Source of the DNA: Tricharina praecox
Taxonomy: Eukaryota
DNA length: 64,000 nucleotides
Direction of reading: 5' to 3'
Assembly: GCF_024521635.1 (NCBI RefSeq)
Contig: NW_026250428.1
Coordinates: 124,001 to 188,000 of the forward strand
Shown: positions 62,525 through 64,000 of the stretch, one piece after another
How the letters are laid out: each line of letters opens with the position of its first letter
Numbering within the stretch: the first letter of the stretch is position 1
Made by a program: the position numbers and the translations under genes
Notes under the pieces: generated by a model
The model's database searches: none
Seen by the model: only the letters and a program-made list of their open reading frames with translations
Told to the model about the DNA's origin: nothing

Positions 62525-63470
62525 GGGACGGGCATGTGGGCTCAATGTGTCCCCACGATTGGCAGATCTCACACTGCGTGTCTGGCTTGACGTCCCGGTA
62601 CTCCTCACTCTTGATCAGTCTGCCACAGAGCCGCAGTCCCTTCCTAGCCGCAGCACACTCTCCAGGTTTCTTCCCCATGCGACCATAATCACCGTGCCTG
62701 TTTTCTCCCGTCCTCTTTCTTCATCTCTGCTCTTAGAATTTCCTCTGAGCCAAGCCAGCGGAGTCTCTGCAAGATTTTCAGCCCAAACTGGGCATTTTAT
62801 GCCTCCAGTGCCTTGTGTAGGGTGTCCAGTCCGTCATCGGTCAAGAAGATGTCCAGCGGGATGCGGTAGAGCTTGACTTTCATCCGTTGCTCGTCAGCCC
62901 TGACCTCTGCGATGCCTGGATCCACTGTGCGTGCTGCCTGTAGAATCTGGTCCTGATAGCGCAGGAGAATCACGGCATCCGCTCTATTCGCCGCCATTGT
63001 GGTTCCCTCGGCTGTTGACATTCACCTGGCCTATCCTTACGTGACGGGGTGCCCCCGCCTCGTGCCGGGCGCTGCCTCGGCCCCTTGCTATAGCCTCCGC
63101 TGCCAGTCCCCCATCTTCTGGTCGAGCATTGCGGCTAGGCTCTCACTGAGCTGGCCTGCAATGAGTTGCCTCTCGGCACTTGCCGCTCAAGCTAGGCCCC
63201 AGCCTTCATGAGGGCTCCCATGACCGACTGGAGAAGTACTTGCCTTCGCGATTGCTGGCTGGGGGACGGTTCGCGTAGCGTCGCGCGATGATGCTGTGGC
63301 TCTGTCGGGCCGCCAATGGTTTTTTCTGCTGGGTAGCTGGGTGGTGCTGGCGAGGCGTTGCCATGGCCCCTGTGCAAGCGCCTTGGTGCTGCAAGGCGCA
63401 TGAGCTGGCGCCCGGGAGTTCCTCTTCCGGGGGAAATTTGGTTTCCGACGCGGGCTGGCTGTTGTTCAGG
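62525..63470 (-). mobile_element. LINE (Tad-like) ORF1 fragment
   Basis: ILQAARTVDPGI...KVKLYRIPL...LRWL...GLRLCGR...PDTQCEICQSWGHIEPTC (CX2CX4HX4C knuckle). Confidence 0.7.
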
Positions 63471-63474
63471 GTCC

Positions 63475-64000
63475 GCAGCAGGTACGAGCACAGTGAGTGA
63501 AAATATGTATCCTCGCAGACACGGAAGCAGACATTCATGTCCATGATCTACTGAAGGAGGATGTCCTTGAAGATGTCGATGTTGAAGATTATCCGTGGCT
63601 TCGACTGGTCAAACGCGCTCTCGATCGTCTGCTGCGTCTTGGTTCCCCGTTCGGTAGCAATGTTCCCGTCTGGACCGATACGGTACTTGGAACGCAGATG
63701 TGCAATTTCGTTTTTCGTAGTCGTCATTGCGGAGGTGGCAGCAGTTAATGGATTCGGGCCTGCTCGTAAATACCTCAGTCAAGGCCTATGAGTGGTGTTA
63801 GCGATGGAAAGCCACTTACATCGCTAGTATTGCCATCGGGGAATCCCCCTCACCGTACACTCCTTCTCATTCTCCGGCAGCCAGATATGGCTTGAGCGAA
63901 CCTTCGTCTTCGCTTTGAAAACCGCCGGGATCGAGTCGGTGTCTGCCGACGCGGCCTGTGAACTATTTTCCGGTTCCAGAAGCTGATGGATATACTGTGG
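63475..64000 (-). mobile_element. hAT transposase N-terminal fragment (degenerate BED finger and following helical domain), runs off the window
   Basis: RSSHIW...PRWQY*RC(intron)PNP...AHLRSKYRI is an eroded W-x-C-x2-C...H-L-x3-H; then QQTIESAF and FNIDIFKDILLQ*IMDMNVCFRVCEDTYFHSLCSYL. Confidence 0.75.

Noticed and set aside
1..64000. tRNA, 5S rRNA, telomere repeats, Starship captain (DUF3435) or Helitron Rep/helicase
   Set aside because: No diagnostic motifs seen by eye; absence not verified computationally.

Overview
Eukaryotic, intron-containing DNA (GT..ctaac..AG introns) from a filamentous ascomycete; the repeat types suggest a Pezizomycete, which is inference. Two conserved genes sit mid-window: an F-BAR/RhoGAP gene (RGD1-like, 20342-23389, minus) and a secreted type-B carboxylesterase (26241-28098, plus). 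The rest is a fast-turnover mosaic of paralogs and repeats. Paralogs: two inverted copies of a small six-cysteine secreted protein with a diverged mature domain but an identical 3' flank, and two F-box-like families each present twice. Duplications: a ~2.2 kb inverted one and a ~1.6 kb direct one. Mobile elements: a 4974 bp Ty3/gypsy-type LTR element with LTRs, PBS and TSD but no protease/RT/RNaseH, hAT-type MITE(s), and at the right end a co-oriented chain of fragments from four unrelated classes (hAT, LINE, Tc1/mariner, copia). There are also several minisatellites and pseudogenes. No rRNA, tRNA or CRISPR array was recognised. All alignments were done by eye, and boundaries of decayed features are approximate.
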